Source of the DNA: a virus
DNA length: 64,000 nucleotides
IMG/VR virus record: IMGVR_UViG_3300021356_000011
Location: 1 to 64,000 of that record
Strand: one strand, 5' to 3'
Under the pieces are notes generated by a model. That model was not told the DNA's origin, ran no database searches, and saw nothing but the letters and a program-made list of their open reading frames with translations. This document shows positions 28,003 to 36,959 of this stretch, piece by piece (the stretch's first letter is position 1; the number at the start of each line of letters is the position of its first letter). The translations under genes and the position numbers were made by a program.

Positions 28003-28090
28003 AGTTCTGATCCTCTCAAAATGTGGTGGTGCAATACAAATAAAACAAGCCAGGTCCAAGCCCCTCACAGGGGCTCGGTGCTGGGCTGTC

Positions 28091-28813
28091 TTACTCTGAA
28101 TCTGCGAGTGCGATAATCTCGGTAAATGCGTGGCCTACCCTGGCGTTCTCGCCCCATTCTGAACTGTTCTCGTCATTGCTCAACCATTCCACCATTTCGG
28201 GGGTATATTCGCGAGCGTTGCCAGAATTCAAAACTGCCTCAATCCAGGCGTTGGTATCGATGCTGCAATCACTCAACCAGCCGTCCCCGTCCCTGGGAAT
28301 ATCGATCAAATCGTGGCCAGCCTCGCCGCCGTAGTATTGCGGCATGCAGCGATATACGTGCCCTGATTCCTCCTCGCGAACATAGGCGGCATCACCCAAC
28401 CAGTAGCAGTCCTCGGTGTCCAGGATATCGGCTAGGCGGCACGTGGGATCGCTTGAGCAGCCTTGGCAAGCCTCCGAGTTAATCGTGTCTGCAATCTCGT
28501 CGAGAGATGGAACCATTTCGAGAGATTTCGATTTTGGCCCGAATCGATCCCATTCCTCCTCAGAGATGGGCTCCCTGGATACCTCATCGCAATACCAGCC
28601 AATCGTCCAGCCAAAAAACTCAGTATCGGCTAGCGAATTCCAACAGATAAAAAACCTCTCGTGGTCAATGGAAATACCGACGGGGTTGCTGTTGTGGATC
28701 CAGTCGGATTCGTCACAAGCATAAATCGTCCAGCCGAAATCGCGATCAAAATCGTTGCTGATGTTGCCGGTGTACTCGCTGCAAGCTTCGGCGTAGGTGG
28801 TGGTGGTGGTCAT
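28091..28813 (-). CDS. Highly acidic Trp-rich hypothetical protein (first early gene)
   Basis: Start MTTTTTY with GAGG; Asp/Glu-rich. Confidence 0.55.
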   Translation of the reverse strand: MTTTTTYAEACSEYTGNISNDFDRDFGWTIYACDESDWIHNSNPVGISIDHERFFICWNSLADTEFFGWTIGWYCDEVSREPISEEEWDRFGPKSKSLEMVPSLDEIADTINSEACQGCSSDPTCRLADILDTEDCYWLGDAAYVREEESGHVYRCMPQYYGGEAGHDLIDIPRDGDGWLSDCSIDTNAWIEAVLNSGNAREYTPEMVEWLSNDENSSEWGENARVGHAFTEIIALADSE

Positions 28814-29859
28814 CGTGTCGTTCCTCGTTTTGAGAGAGAGAGAAAAGGTTGTCGCCGCCGAACCACTCGGGGCGTGCTGGTTTTTGCTGATCCAGCTCTG
28901 GCAGTATCGGCAAGAGGAGAAAGAAGCGAACAAAAATTCCTGGCAAATTCCAGAAATACCTTGCAAACCCTTGCAAAATAACGACTTAAGGTCGTATGGG
29001 GTAAACCCTAGGTTTTTTGGCGAATCGTCCCAAAAACTAAGTGTCCACCTACTGATTGGTGCCGATTTGGTGGCTCCTGGCGTCGACCTGGCGTCGGTGG
29101 CGTTGAATCTGGCACCCTCTCCCTGGCTCCTGGTGGCGCCCTGGTGTGTCGTTGTGGCTCCGGTGGCTCCGAAGCCGTCCAGGGCTGTCCTGGCGTGGTT
29201 CCTGGCTTCTGGCTTCAGCGTGCTTCGGTGGATTGTCTCACAGCTTCGATCAATCGACTCGCATGCATGGCTGCGGCGATGATGGCAGCGCAGGCGATCA
29301 GCCAGAGCAGCCGAGGCAGACGACGAAGGAGGAAGACGCCGCAGGCGAGGAGCAGGGACCAGAGGGAAAAGCCGGAGGGGATCGCGAGGGGCGAGACGGG
29401 GTGACCCCCTACAGACACAAATCCATCTCTATCCATCTGTTCGTTTTCATATTTCACGGGGGGTACTCCTTCCTTGGGTTCCCATGTCTGAGTTATGAAT
29501 TATTTGTAAAGTGTTGCATGGCTTAACTTTATGGGTTAAGGTGGTGTCATGCAAAACAGCACCTTGGGCAAGTGCGTGCTGTCTCAAAACTGATTCAACA
29601 TGGATCATAAAACTTCGAGATAGTTATTAATTGGCATGCTGGCAGTGCATCAACTGAAAGCGATACTGTTCAGCTACAATGCCGTTGATGCATTTGGGGA
29701 GGGGGCGAGAGCCTCTTCCCCTTTTTATTGCGCTAAACATAGCAAGGATCTGTGATATTGCTTGAAAAACCAGGGAAAAGGTGAGTTGGGGATGTTTTGA
29801 GAATTGCGCTAAGTATCGCAAGCGGTTGCGACTATTTGCGTAACATTGCAAGTCTTAGA

Positions 29860-29887
29860 TTGCATTAAGTGGATAGCGGGATATAAT
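29860..29887 (+). promoter_or_regulatory. Putative sigma70-type rightward promoter
   Basis: TTGCAT-N16-TATAAT in the non-coding divergence region. Confidence 0.5.
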
Positions 29888-30264
29888 GACTGGCAGTGCA
29901 TAGCTGTCCTTGGTTGAATGAGCGAATGGACCTATAGATCTCAGGGAAAAGTTCTCGAAGTCAATCGCGGTAAAGAACAGTTTACTAGCACTCACACAGT
30001 CTCAGAGTATCTAGATGCCCTCCCAAGCTTTTAATGCCTGGGACTGTGACAGAGGGGGGTGGCTTGTCCAGGAAGCAAGGCAAGCTGCCCAACTCCTCTC
30101 TATGGGGAGCTTCCTCGCAGGTCAGGACGCATCGAAGACCTGCCGGTACTGTTAATCGCTCGCATTAGATTACAACACATTGAGCTACATTTAAGAATAT
30201 CTATTATATTGTTGTACAACGAAGATTACCTAGACTCGCATTAATACCCTGACTGGGGGTTAAA

Positions 30265-30441
30265 GTGGCAGTAGAACATGTAATCGAGGGTTTGAAAGAG
30301 CGTATTGGACGCCAAGCAGCGTTCATTGCACAGTTGAGGGGGAGGATAGCCTCACTGGAGCGAGAGCTTCAGGAGTGCCGTTCTGAGGAGGAGGAAGATG
30401 GCAACGAAGATATTCGCACCGAAGCGGGAGGAGAGCCCTAG
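30265..30441 (+). CDS. Small coiled-coil protein (58 aa, not in ORF track)
   Basis: GGGGG + GTG start; heptad pattern; overlaps the next gene. Confidence 0.35.
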   Translation: MAVEHVIEGLKERIGRQAAFIAQLRGRIASLERELQECRSEEEEDGNEDIRTEAGGEP

Positions 30442-30847
30442 TCGCTACCAGAAGGTAGGTAACTACCAAGTACCTGAACGGTTGGTTGAGCTAGAGGCTA
30501 AGGAGAGCATCACTCTTGAAGAGTACAGGGAGATCCTGCTTGCTCGGCAAGGGATGGTCTTGGATTACTCAGACACTCTTGACGGATGGAACACGGGAGT
30601 CTATGATCTTCCGTTCGCTGAGCTGATCCCCCTGGGGAAGATTCGGTATCAGCACACTAAACATGGTGGTCGTCAATCTAAGTTTGATGACATGGTTTGG
30701 TGCTACTACACGGCAATGACGATGGAGTTGCCGTCATGGAGGGTGGAGCAGTTGCTTCACCGAAGGAGTGGGTCTTTTAGACCATATGAGGCAATGAGAG
30801 TTTACGATGCTGCTCAGGGTCTCATGGAGGATTGTGGTCTCTATTAG
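30398..30847 (+). CDS. Hypothetical protein
   Basis: SD GGAGGA; 149 aa. Confidence 0.55.
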   Translation: MATKIFAPKREESPSRYQKVGNYQVPERLVELEAKESITLEEYREILLARQGMVLDYSDTLDGWNTGVYDLPFAELIPLGKIRYQHTKHGGRQSKFDDMVWCYYTAMTMELPSWRVEQLLHRRSGSFRPYEAMRVYDAAQGLMEDCGLY

Positions 30848-30865
30848 TCGCTTGGGAGGGGACTA

Positions 30866-32236
30866 ATGCTTGGATTGACGATGGGATGCTATGCAAGGAT
30901 CCCAGGAGGGTTTCGTCTTGAAAACATCTTTGACACAAAGACTAAGGCAGATAGGGCAGCTTGGCTAATTGGGGCAATACTGGAGAAGCAGATATGCTTT
31001 TCTGATTACAGTGGGGCACCGATGTCCTCGTCTGAGATCAGAAAGATCTGTGGCAACCCAATCACGACGAAGCAAATTGTCGAGAAGCTTAAGGAATGCC
31101 AAATACTGTTTGTGTCGGATAGTTACGAGGTAGGGGCTAAGTTTAAGAACTACTTGGTGAATCCTAAGTGGCTCAAAGTAGATAAGATTTCCACCGACAA
31201 TGTGGTTCATCATCACATCACCTCGCCATCTGTCATAGAAACGATTCGCAAGTCGTTGATCAAAGGTAAGGATTACGAGCATTACCGCTGGGACGAGTTT
31301 CACTTTCAGATTTACGAGAACTTGCAGTATCCCCAGATAGATCAGTATGAGGTGGATAGGTGTTTTCGAGACCTGCATGACCCTAGTGATAATGACTTTG
31401 GCAGTAGTGCTGCTGTGATAGGATTCCAGCTTGATCAGATACTGTCTGATACCAACAGGCGAATGTCTGTCAGCAAGACAGGGAGGGTTTACACTCCGCT
31501 TTGCAGGCTCAAGTCCTGGGTTCGTGGGTGTTTCAAGTACAACGATCACTGGTGTGTTGGTCATGATGTAAAGGCTTGCCAGCCTACGCTGCTCGCCGCA
31601 TTAATGCTCAGTATCGCCAATAAAGACAGTAGCTTTTTTGAGCGTACAGGGGTTTCCAGACATATGAAGTCCCTCGGAATTAGGATGAAACTGCTGGAAG
31701 CATGCGACATCACCCAGAAAGATGCTAGGGAGTTCGCTGGGTTTATTGAAGAGAATGATATCTACGACGTAATTGTCGCTAAACTTAAAAGTCGGGGGCA
31801 TTATCGCAGCAGGGATGACATCAAGATTGCCTTTATGCGTGACATATTTGCCAAGAAGAGCGAGTATGCGAGCGTTGAAGAGCATGAGTTCAGGGAGTTG
31901 TTCCCTGTGATATGGAGGCAGATCAAAGCGATTAATCGCAATGATTACAGAACTCTTATCAATTTCATGCAATTCATGGAGTCAGAAGTTGTCATTCATC
32001 ATGCGTTACAGAAAGCTTATCAGCTTGGCTGTCGAGGCTTTTTTACTGTTCATGACTCAATATATGCTGCTGACATTTACACGGATGCTATCCTAAAAGG
32101 CTTCGAGTATGCATCTAACGCAGTGGGCATCAAACTCAGAATAGACATTAGTCAAGACATTGTTGAGAGACGCAGGCAAGAGATTGAGGATCGTCTCTCC
32201 GTTGAAGACTTTAGCAGGAACGTATTGAAGGCGTAA
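30866..32236 (+). CDS. Family-A/T7-RNAP-related minimal polymerase (TV-Pol-like)
   Basis: TGRVY, motif A HDVKACQP, motif B RDDIK...F, Q..ES, motif C TVHDSI; no exonuclease domain. Confidence 0.65.
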   Translation: MLGLTMGCYARIPGGFRLENIFDTKTKADRAAWLIGAILEKQICFSDYSGAPMSSSEIRKICGNPITTKQIVEKLKECQILFVSDSYEVGAKFKNYLVNPKWLKVDKISTDNVVHHHITSPSVIETIRKSLIKGKDYEHYRWDEFHFQIYENLQYPQIDQYEVDRCFRDLHDPSDNDFGSSAAVIGFQLDQILSDTNRRMSVSKTGRVYTPLCRLKSWVRGCFKYNDHWCVGHDVKACQPTLLAALMLSIANKDSSFFERTGVSRHMKSLGIRMKLLEACDITQKDAREFAGFIEENDIYDVIVAKLKSRGHYRSRDDIKIAFMRDIFAKKSEYASVEEHEFRELFPVIWRQIKAINRNDYRTLINFMQFMESEVVIHHALQKAYQLGCRGFFTVHDSIYAADIYTDAILKGFEYASNAVGIKLRIDISQDIVERRRQEIEDRLSVEDFSRNVLKA

Positions 32237-32239
32237 TCT

Positions 32240-32476
32240 ATGGACATTTATGTGCCATGCGAGCCCTGTGCTAAATGCGGTGCATACCTCATCTATACTG
32301 ACGACAAAGCTGAGATACGTTGCGAAGTTTGCGATCACCTAAGACAGACAGAAACACATGACAAAGAAAAAGAAGCAAAACTTCAGCAAGCTAACAAGGG
32401 ACTATCTTGCTCATCACGGTGCGGCTTATGTCGAAAAGACAGAGACGTACAACGGATTCGGAAGAAACAAGAATGA
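32240..32476 (+). CDS. Small Zn-ribbon protein
   Basis: CAKC..CEVC. Confidence 0.4.
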   Translation: MDIYVPCEPCAKCGAYLIYTDDKAEIRCEVCDHLRQTETHDKEKEAKLQQANKGLSCSSRCGLCRKDRDVQRIRKKQE

Positions 32477-32768
32477 CTTGTTTGGGTTTGCAGACTGGAC
32501 AGCGATCATGGATCGCACATTTCAAGAGTTCTGGTTTGTTCAGGAAACAAGCCGGAGCAATATATCTGCCAGGAAGAAAAAGATCTGTAACTCTGAGGTG
32601 GCTAGGCTGATTATAGATAACCTTATGGCAAAGATCATTATTCTAGGATGGGATAAAGATAAAGAAGGGCAGTGGCGTGTTAAAAAGGTTGAGATCAAGG
32701 CTGAAGATTTTGTCGCCGGAGTCCTCTGTGCTGGGGAACCTGCGGAACCTTATTGGAAGGAAGGTTGA
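32358..32768 (+). CDS. Putative PD-(D/E)XK nuclease / Holliday junction resolvase
   Basis: VEK.E...DLFGFAD..A....FVQ.TS.SN..AR.KK motif. Confidence 0.55.
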   Translation: MTKKKKQNFSKLTRDYLAHHGAAYVEKTETYNGFGRNKNDLFGFADWTAIMDRTFQEFWFVQETSRSNISARKKKICNSEVARLIIDNLMAKIIILGWDKDKEGQWRVKKVEIKAEDFVAGVLCAGEPAEPYWKEG

Positions 32769-32775
32769 GAAAGTT

Positions 32776-32985
32776 ATGGCTACTATTTTGGAGAAGTGGC
32801 TGGTTGCCGCTCTTGGATCTTGGAAGACGACTGTTGTTGGTGGCTTGGCAATGATTGCTGTGCTTGTGTCTGAGGGTCTTAAGTTGGTAGATGGTGACCC
32901 TGAAAGTATCGCTAATTTTGAGGCTGTGATCGTTGCAGTCTCTGTGTTCTTTGGACTTAGCTTGGCTAAGGACGGTAACGAGTAA
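32776..32985 (+). CDS. Putative holin (2 TM)
   Basis: SWKTTVVG motif, two hydrophobic helices, ends ..AKD. Confidence 0.6.
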   Translation: MATILEKWLVAALGSWKTTVVGGLAMIAVLVSEGLKLVDGDPESIANFEAVIVAVSVFFGLSLAKDGNE

Positions 32986-33005
32986 TTTATTTTTGAGGGG
33001 AAGTG

Positions 33006-33338
33006 ATGCCTAGTTTTAACAGAGTTGTTTTGATGGGTAATTTGACTCGCGACGTTGAAGTGCGAGAGACTCCAGGTGGCGCATCAGTCACTGATCTTGG
33101 CCTTGCAGTCAATGACAGGGTCAAGAGGAATGACGAGTGGGTGGACGAAGTCACCTACGTTGATGTCACAATGTGGGGTCGAACCGCTGAAGTAGCTGGT
33201 GAGTATCTTCACAAAGGATCGCCAATTCTGATCGAAGGTCGCTTGAAGTTGGACTCCTGGGAAAAGGATGGCGAGAAGAGGAGTAAGCTTCGAGTGGTTG
33301 GCGAGAAGATGCAAATGCTTGGCAGGAGAGAAGAGTAG
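33006..33338 (+). CDS. ssb: Single-stranded DNA-binding protein (no acidic tail)
   Basis: [49 protein letters not shown]. Confidence 0.95.
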   Translation: MPSFNRVVLMGNLTRDVEVRETPGGASVTDLGLAVNDRVKRNDEWVDEVTYVDVTMWGRTAEVAGEYLHKGSPILIEGRLKLDSWEKDGEKRSKLRVVGEKMQMLGRREE

Positions 33339-33339
33339 T

Positions 33340-33780
33340 ATGGAGCGTTCAAACACAGTCAGGAGAAGGCGAGTACGTCGAGTTGGCAAGCACGTTTGGA
33401 ACCTGATTGAGAAATACAATGGAGACGAAGATCGAGTCTATGAGGAGATGCGTAAGACAATTCCTTACGCTCTCTTGATTGAACTTGGCTTCCTGCTGTT
33501 TAAGGTTTTGGTTGAGCTTTGGCTAAAGAAGCGAGATCCAAGGCAAACAATCAACGCTCTATCCACGGCTGCTGCATTAGATTCGGAGGATATGTATCTA
33601 ATTGCAGATGACTGCGAAGAAGACGGGATGTCTAAAGAGTCGAAGGTTCTTAGGTGGATTGCATTGAACTCAACAGAGATTGGGTTTGATGATCACAATA
33701 GTAAACCTGATATAACGGATGGAGACGATGACTACAGATCAAGCGAACACGACGACGAATTCGACCCCTTCAATTTCTAA
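33340..33780 (+). CDS. Hypothetical protein, one TM segment, acidic C-terminus
   Basis: Hydrophobic ALLIELGFLLFKVLVELW; ends DDEFDPFNF. Confidence 0.5.
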   Translation: MERSNTVRRRRVRRVGKHVWNLIEKYNGDEDRVYEEMRKTIPYALLIELGFLLFKVLVELWLKKRDPRQTINALSTAAALDSEDMYLIADDCEEDGMSKESKVLRWIALNSTEIGFDDHNSKPDITDGDDDYRSSEHDDEFDPFNF

Positions 33781-34198
33781 ACTGAAGGTGGTTGGGATTG
33801 ATCTCAATACGATTCTAATTATCGCATTGGCTATTGGTGGCTATTGGTACATCAACAAGGACAAGGAAAAGGAAGCTGTTGTGCCTGCTGAAGTAATTCT
33901 CAAGGATGAAGCAATTGCGTTATCAGACATGTTCTCCCAGGGTATCCCTGTTCTTAGGACAAATCTGTATAAGACAGACGTTGACCTGGGGAAAGCTGTG
34001 GAGAACTTTTCTCTGATATACTTTCAAGACCTCACTACTCCGGCAAAGCAGTGGCTTGACTCTGCTCGCATTAGGATTGGCGAGGCAATTGGCAGTAAGG
34101 ATCTTGAGCAATCAAAGACCTTGAGCCCAATTGATCGTGAGAATGCGATTCGTGTATTTCAGCAGTTGTCTGAAGAGGCAAAAACTCTAGCAGGTTGA
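33719..34198 (+). CDS. Membrane-anchored protein
   Basis: TM ILIIALAIGGYWY followed by a helical domain. Confidence 0.55.
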   Translation: METMTTDQANTTTNSTPSISKLKVVGIDLNTILIIALAIGGYWYINKDKEKEAVVPAEVILKDEAIALSDMFSQGIPVLRTNLYKTDVDLGKAVENFSLIYFQDLTTPAKQWLDSARIRIGEAIGSKDLEQSKTLSPIDRENAIRVFQQLSEEAKTLAG

Positions 34199-34202
34199 AC
34201 TA

Positions 34203-35264
34203 ATGTCAGAAAATAGCTTTGGATGGATCCCAGACAACTCTGGGGTGATGCGTGTTACGGAACGTCAGGACTGGTACGGGGAAGTTGTCGATCAGGTACA
34301 GCAACTCGTGCAGGACGATCCTGGCGGAGATACGTTTCACTACAGATGCTTGTTTCAATTCAAGCCGGATGAGTTTGATTCTGATGGTCGCTTAAGGTCT
34401 CTGAACCAAGGGTCAGTTGGATCTTGTGTTGGCGTTGCTACTGCAAGATTGATTGATCATCTGCAAGCAATGGATATTGCTGTCAGAAGGCAGAATGAGA
34501 CTTTTTGTGACTTGACTAGTCCAGAGTGGTGTTATGCTACTGGCAGGGAGGCAGGTGGCATGCTTGGTGGCGGGGACGGTTCCACCAACTCTGGGCAGCT
34601 AAAAGCTTTGGAGAAGTATGGAGTATTGTTCCAAAGGGAATACGGGGATTACGATCTTGGAAAGTACAGCGTAGATCGCTGTAGGGACTGGGGTCGTAGA
34701 GGAGTGCCAGACCAGCTTAAGCCTGAAGGTGAAAAGCACCAGCTACTAAAGTCCTTTCGTGTACGGGGCGTGGATGAGTGGTGGGCGTTGGCTGGGGCTG
34801 GCTATCCCGTAAATCTTTGCAGCAGTTGGGGTGGTGTTGGATATCGAGATGACGAAGGCTACATGCGTAAGTCTGGTCGTTGGTCACATTCAATGGGTAA
34901 CCCAGGTGCTAGACGACTGCATCCCAAACGAGGCAAGAGCTTTTTGATCTGCAACTCTTGGGGTAGTGGTTGGGCAAAGAAGGGTGGCGTTTGGCCTGAA
35001 GATATGCCTTACGGATCTTTTTGGATCAGCGAGTCGGATGCAGCCTGGATTATTAGAAATGGAGAAGTCATAGCTTACGCTGATTTTGAGGGTGGATTCT
35101 CTGCTCCTTACGATTGGGGCAAGGCTATTGACTGGAGTAAGGATGATATCAATGTCGAGTGGGATTCGTCTCCTGTGGTAGGTGACACTGAAGACATTGA
35201 AGATGAGGACACTGAAGTGTTCGATGACCTTGACATGGAAGGTTACTTTAATGAAGAGCTTTAG
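34203..35264 (+). CDS. Papain-like (C1) cysteine peptidase
   Basis: NQGSVGSCVG (catalytic Cys), WSHSM (His), ICNSWG.GW (Asn). Confidence 0.85.
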   Translation: MSENSFGWIPDNSGVMRVTERQDWYGEVVDQVQQLVQDDPGGDTFHYRCLFQFKPDEFDSDGRLRSLNQGSVGSCVGVATARLIDHLQAMDIAVRRQNETFCDLTSPEWCYATGREAGGMLGGGDGSTNSGQLKALEKYGVLFQREYGDYDLGKYSVDRCRDWGRRGVPDQLKPEGEKHQLLKSFRVRGVDEWWALAGAGYPVNLCSSWGGVGYRDDEGYMRKSGRWSHSMGNPGARRLHPKRGKSFLICNSWGSGWAKKGGVWPEDMPYGSFWISESDAAWIIRNGEVIAYADFEGGFSAPYDWGKAIDWSKDDINVEWDSSPVVGDTEDIEDEDTEVFDDLDMEGYFNEEL

Positions 35265-35688
35265 TTCTAAGCTTGTGGGCATTGCCTTGTTGGTGGCGAT
35301 TGCGTTTATTGCGTTTAGCTACTATGGAAGTGTCAATGTTGATGCTAAGGACAGCACTGTTCGACAGTCTCGTGCGAGGTGGGCATGGATTGCTGCATCT
35401 AGAGACTTGCTTCCAAGCGTCCCTGACGACGAGAAGCTTGGAGATGAATGTGCAGATTGCAACGGAGATGGCTTTGTTGGCGATGGCACAATTAAGATTG
35501 ATTGCGACACCTGTAATGGAACCGGCAAGAGGGGTTTTCAGATGACGATCTTGGAAATGCCGGTTCAAGATTCCCAGGCTTGTGTTGGTGGTAGCTGCGA
35601 CACTGCTCGCAAACCTGTTCGCGGTGTTGCGAGGCATGGAAGAAACCTAGTGCGTAACGCTCTCGGTCGTCTACGTTGTCGCAAATAA
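35251..35688 (+). CDS. Membrane/secreted protein with CxxCxGxG Zn-finger repeats
   Basis: N-terminal TM; CADCNGDG and CDTCNGTG. Confidence 0.6.
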   Translation: MKSFSSKLVGIALLVAIAFIAFSYYGSVNVDAKDSTVRQSRARWAWIAASRDLLPSVPDDEKLGDECADCNGDGFVGDGTIKIDCDTCNGTGKRGFQMTILEMPVQDSQACVGGSCDTARKPVRGVARHGRNLVRNALGRLRCRK

Positions 35689-35719
35689 GTTCAGATCAAA
35701 TAGGAGAGGTGCTTCAGTT

Positions 35720-36637
35720 ATGGAAAAAGCAACAAAGATTTACCAATGCTGCAAACTTATTAGTTCACGATTCAATGAGTGGGCTAGTGATCCGCATGAT
35801 ATTCCCTTGCCACCAGACTACTATCTGGCAGTGGAGGAATTAATTGAGCTTGCTGACATTGGCAGAGACATAAAGGCTTCCTTGTCTGAAGCATTTCTTC
35901 CTGTTCGATTTCAAGCAGGTATTCAAAAGCTTGATGTCTATTACCAAGACTATCTTCACAAGAAGAGTTCACGACCTAATAGCAATCCATCGGCTGACTT
36001 CTTTAGTCAGATCAATCATGTGGTTGCTCAGGTTTTGGATTGGCCCAATCTGCATACTCGCCGCATCATTGTTGATACGGTTGAGAATCTGCATCGCCAA
36101 GGTCTTTACCCAAATCAGATTGCTTTGATGTATGGACTTAAGCATGAGGCAAGTGGTGAAGGTCGAGGCGACTTGATTGAGCAGGAACTTGCTAGTCCTG
36201 GTAGTGTCATTGGCCCTGACTATGTTCACCCAGGTGAACTTGAGCGGCAAAAGCTTCGTGCAGAGATAGAGACTTGGATCAACAAGAGTGCTGAAGGTAT
36301 TAAGAAGGAAGTAGCTGCCAAGCAAGAGGCGATTGATTTAGATGATATCAAAACACTTGCCCAGGCAAGGTCTGCTGGCCTTTCTGTTAAATCTGCTGCT
36401 ACTCATCTTGGTCTGCCAGAAAGTCAAGTTCAGTCGTTCTATGACAACGAGGAAAACCTCGAAGAATCCAAGGGCGACCAGAACGATGATAGTGAAGACC
36501 CTGACTGGTCAAAGGGAATCTCGTTTGAGAATCTTTGCCTGAAGGCTAAGGATCTCGGCATCGTGACTCGCAAGTCGATGAAGCGAAGCACCGTTGTCTC
36601 CAAGATCGAGGAGGCTACGGCAAATGCAGCAAACTAA
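35720..36637 (+). CDS. Hypothetical protein with HTH-like and Rho-N-like segments
   Basis: GLSVKSAATHLGLPESQV; C-terminal L..KAKDLGI....MKR..VV..I. Confidence 0.5.
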   Translation: MEKATKIYQCCKLISSRFNEWASDPHDIPLPPDYYLAVEELIELADIGRDIKASLSEAFLPVRFQAGIQKLDVYYQDYLHKKSSRPNSNPSADFFSQINHVVAQVLDWPNLHTRRIIVDTVENLHRQGLYPNQIALMYGLKHEASGEGRGDLIEQELASPGSVIGPDYVHPGELERQKLRAEIETWINKSAEGIKKEVAAKQEAIDLDDIKTLAQARSAGLSVKSAATHLGLPESQVQSFYDNEENLEESKGDQNDDSEDPDWSKGISFENLCLKAKDLGIVTRKSMKRSTVVSKIEEATANAAN

Positions 36638-36959
36638 AATTGAAGAACTGCTTAGTTCAAATCCTGAGCTTGCAAAGAAAGTGCAGGATCTCCTACAGAG
36701 TGAGATTAAAGACTCTCACGGCTTGGAGGCAGAGTCTACTAATCAGCGATACTACCTGCGTGAAAGTGAGAACTTGCCCAAGGGTTCAAGATGTAGACTT
36801 TGGACTGGCTGGGAGCATGTCACTGCCAGGATCGTCAGCAATGGAGTGCGTGGGGCTGTTGTGAAATACAACGACGTTCTGTTGTACGCTGACCATCAAT
36901 ACGTCTCCACCAACCTCACGGAGGAGGAGGCTGCTAGGTACAAAGAGGAAGAGGCTTAA
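36624..36959 (+). CDS. Hypothetical protein
   Basis: SD GAGGAGG; overlaps neighbours. Confidence 0.5.
   Translation: MQQTKIEELLSSNPELAKKVQDLLQSEIKDSHGLEAESTNQRYYLRESENLPKGSRCRLWTGWEHVTARIVSNGVRGAVVKYNDVLLYADHQYVSTNLTEEEAARYKEEEA

Larger units (their letters stand above)
23607..28031 (-). repeat. Dispersed start-associated (C/A)ACCACCAC element
   Basis: GTGGTGGT(G) on + strand at 23607, 25142, 25510, 25844, 26666, 26995, 27617 and 28023, each just upstream of a minus-strand SD/ATG. Confidence 0.8.

Noticed and set aside
23607-28810. GTGGTGG as Chi recombination sites
   Set aside because: They do not match E. coli GCTGGTGG, the host Chi is unknown, and their fixed position before SD sequences favours a translational or leader role.
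28797-29526. ORFs 28797..29282, 29144..29404, 29146..29526 and 29215..29457
   Set aside because: Overlapping low-complexity ORFs in a GC-rich block with no convincing RBS or motifs; likely spurious.
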